DNA from: an uncultured euryarchaeote
Lineage (GTDB): Archaea; Thermoplasmatota; Poseidoniia; Poseidoniales; Thalassarchaeaceae
Direction of reading: 5' to 3'
DNA: 53,394 bases
Assembly (NCBI GenBank): GCA_937876055.1
Contig: CALEIW010000242.1
Coordinates: 1 to 53,394, forward strand
In this document: piece after piece, positions 52,478-53,394 of the stretch
Layout of the letters: every line of letters begins with the position of its first letter
How positions within the stretch are numbered: the stretch's first letter is position 1
Translations under genes and position numbers: made by a program
The notes under the pieces: generated by a model
What the model was told of the DNA's origin: nothing
The model's input: only the letters and a program-made list of their open reading frames with translations
Databases searched by the model: none

Positions 52478-53394
52478 ATGTCTTCTGAACTGCACGTGGT
52501 AACCGGAGCTTTCGGTTATAGTGGCAGATGGATAGCAAAGCAACTCCTGTCTGAAGGAAAACAGGTTCGTACCCTTACCAATGCTGCCGCCAGGGATGAC
52601 CCATTCGATGGTGCAGTCGAAGTTCACCCTTTGAATTTCGATGATTACGAATCATTGGTTGAATCTCTGAAAGGTGCAGATGTACTCTACAACACATATT
52701 GGGTTCGGTACAACGATAATCAGCGGAATTTTGACCATGGAATCGCTGTTGAAAATTGCAAGAAATTGTTTGATGCTGCTAGCGAAGCAGGAGTTAGGAG
52801 AGTAGTCCATTTCAGTGTTGCAAAACCTGACCAAGCCCCAGGTTGGACTTACTTTGCAGGAAAGGTTGAGACCGAGAGATTGCTTAGGGAATCCGGACAA
52901 TCCTACGCCATCGTCAGACCAACGGTATTCTTTGGCGGTGGCCGAAATGTTCTGATCAATAATATCGCTTGGATAATGAGGAAATTCCCAATATTCGGAG
53001 TATTTGGTTTTGGCAAGTATCCTATCCAGCCAGTGCATATTCGTGATGTAGCAAGGGTGTCGATTGAACTTGGAGCAAGTGATGAAAACATAACTCGAGA
53101 TATTGCCGGGCCTGAGCGATTTACCTACAGAGAATTTGTATCCTTGATAGGAAAGAGTATGGGAGTGACTAGATTGATTATTCCAATACCTCCAATCATT
53201 GGTTGGTTAGCGGGGCAAATGATGGGAATATTCCTTCGTGATAGAGTGATTACCAGAGCAGAGATTCGTGGATTGATGAATGGCTTGGTGGCATCTGAGG
53301 AAGAGCCGTTAGGAGAGTTCAGATTTAGTGAATGGATTGCAGAAAACGGCTCAGATTTAGGTAGAGAATATCAGAACGATTTGCAAGAAAGAAG
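52478..53394 (+). CDS. NAD(P)-binding NmrA/complex-I-39kDa-like SDR family protein (3' partial)
   Basis: This ORF is absent from the track because it has no stop in the window, so I translated it by hand: MSSELHVVTGAFGYSGRWIAKQLL (GxxGxxG Rossmann motif), ...YAIVRPTVFFG.... The frame is open to the window end. Confidence 0.8.
   Translation, partial: MSSELHVVTGAFGYSGRWIAKQLLSEGKQVRTLTNAAARDDPFDGAVEVHPLNFDDYESLVESLKGADVLYNTYWVRYNDNQRNFDHGIAVENCKKLFDAASEAGVRRVVHFSVAKPDQAPGWTYFAGKVETERLLRESGQSYAIVRPTVFFGGGRNVLINNIAWIMRKFPIFGVFGFGKYPIQPVHIRDVARVSIELGASDENITRDIAGPERFTYREFVSLIGKSMGVTRLIIPIPPIIGWLAGQMMGIFLRDRVITRAEIRGLMNGLVASEEEPLGEFRFSEWIAENGSDLGREYQNDLQER

Noticed and set aside
1-53394. CRISPR arrays, IS elements or transposases, integrases, toxin-antitoxin pairs, restriction-modification or other recognisable defence cassettes.
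   Set aside because: I found no short regularly spaced repeats, no transposase or integrase-like ORFs and no terminal inverted repeats flanking any block. The only defence-reminiscent domains (STAND NTPase, PD-(D/E)xK) are solitary, among housekeeping genes.

Overview
The window is a gene-dense chromosomal segment of an uncultured archaeon. The replication, transcription and translation core is archaeal: PolD large subunit DP2, primase PriL, Rpo3/RpoD, and S13-S4-S11 in archaeal order. It is interleaved with bacterial-type enzymes (AceE-type E1, ATP-dependent PEPCK, class II fumarase, bacterial-type LeuRS) and Ca-binding TSP3-repeat surface proteins. By inference this gene mix fits marine Thermoplasmatota (Group II/III-like), but I cannot verify that here. 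I call about 45 CDS, most with motif-level support. Many ORF-track starts are GTG/TTG, so I moved several to a nearby ATG. I found no rRNA, tRNA, CRISPR array, transposase or integrase. One stretch is not explained by coding features: the 861-nt gap between the convergent fumC and beta-propeller genes (12921-13781). It holds a roughly 0.6 kb GC-rich island that is strongly A-depleted on the + strand, open in all six frames, internally repetitive, and free of oligo-U runs only in minus-strand sense. I rate it the best candidate for something undescribed, either a long purine-rich ncRNA or a DNA-level element. Secondary observations are a NikR-like RHH domain fused in frame to fumarase with a palindrome over its TATA region, a compact wHTH-STAND ATPase, a UPF1-like helicase operon facing a zinc-ribbon/acidic/SAP protein, a CDIN1/TPD-like PD-(D/E)xK protein, a 1264-aa polytopic membrane protein, and several structured GC-rich spacers. 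All structure and composition statements come from hand inspection and need computation to confirm.
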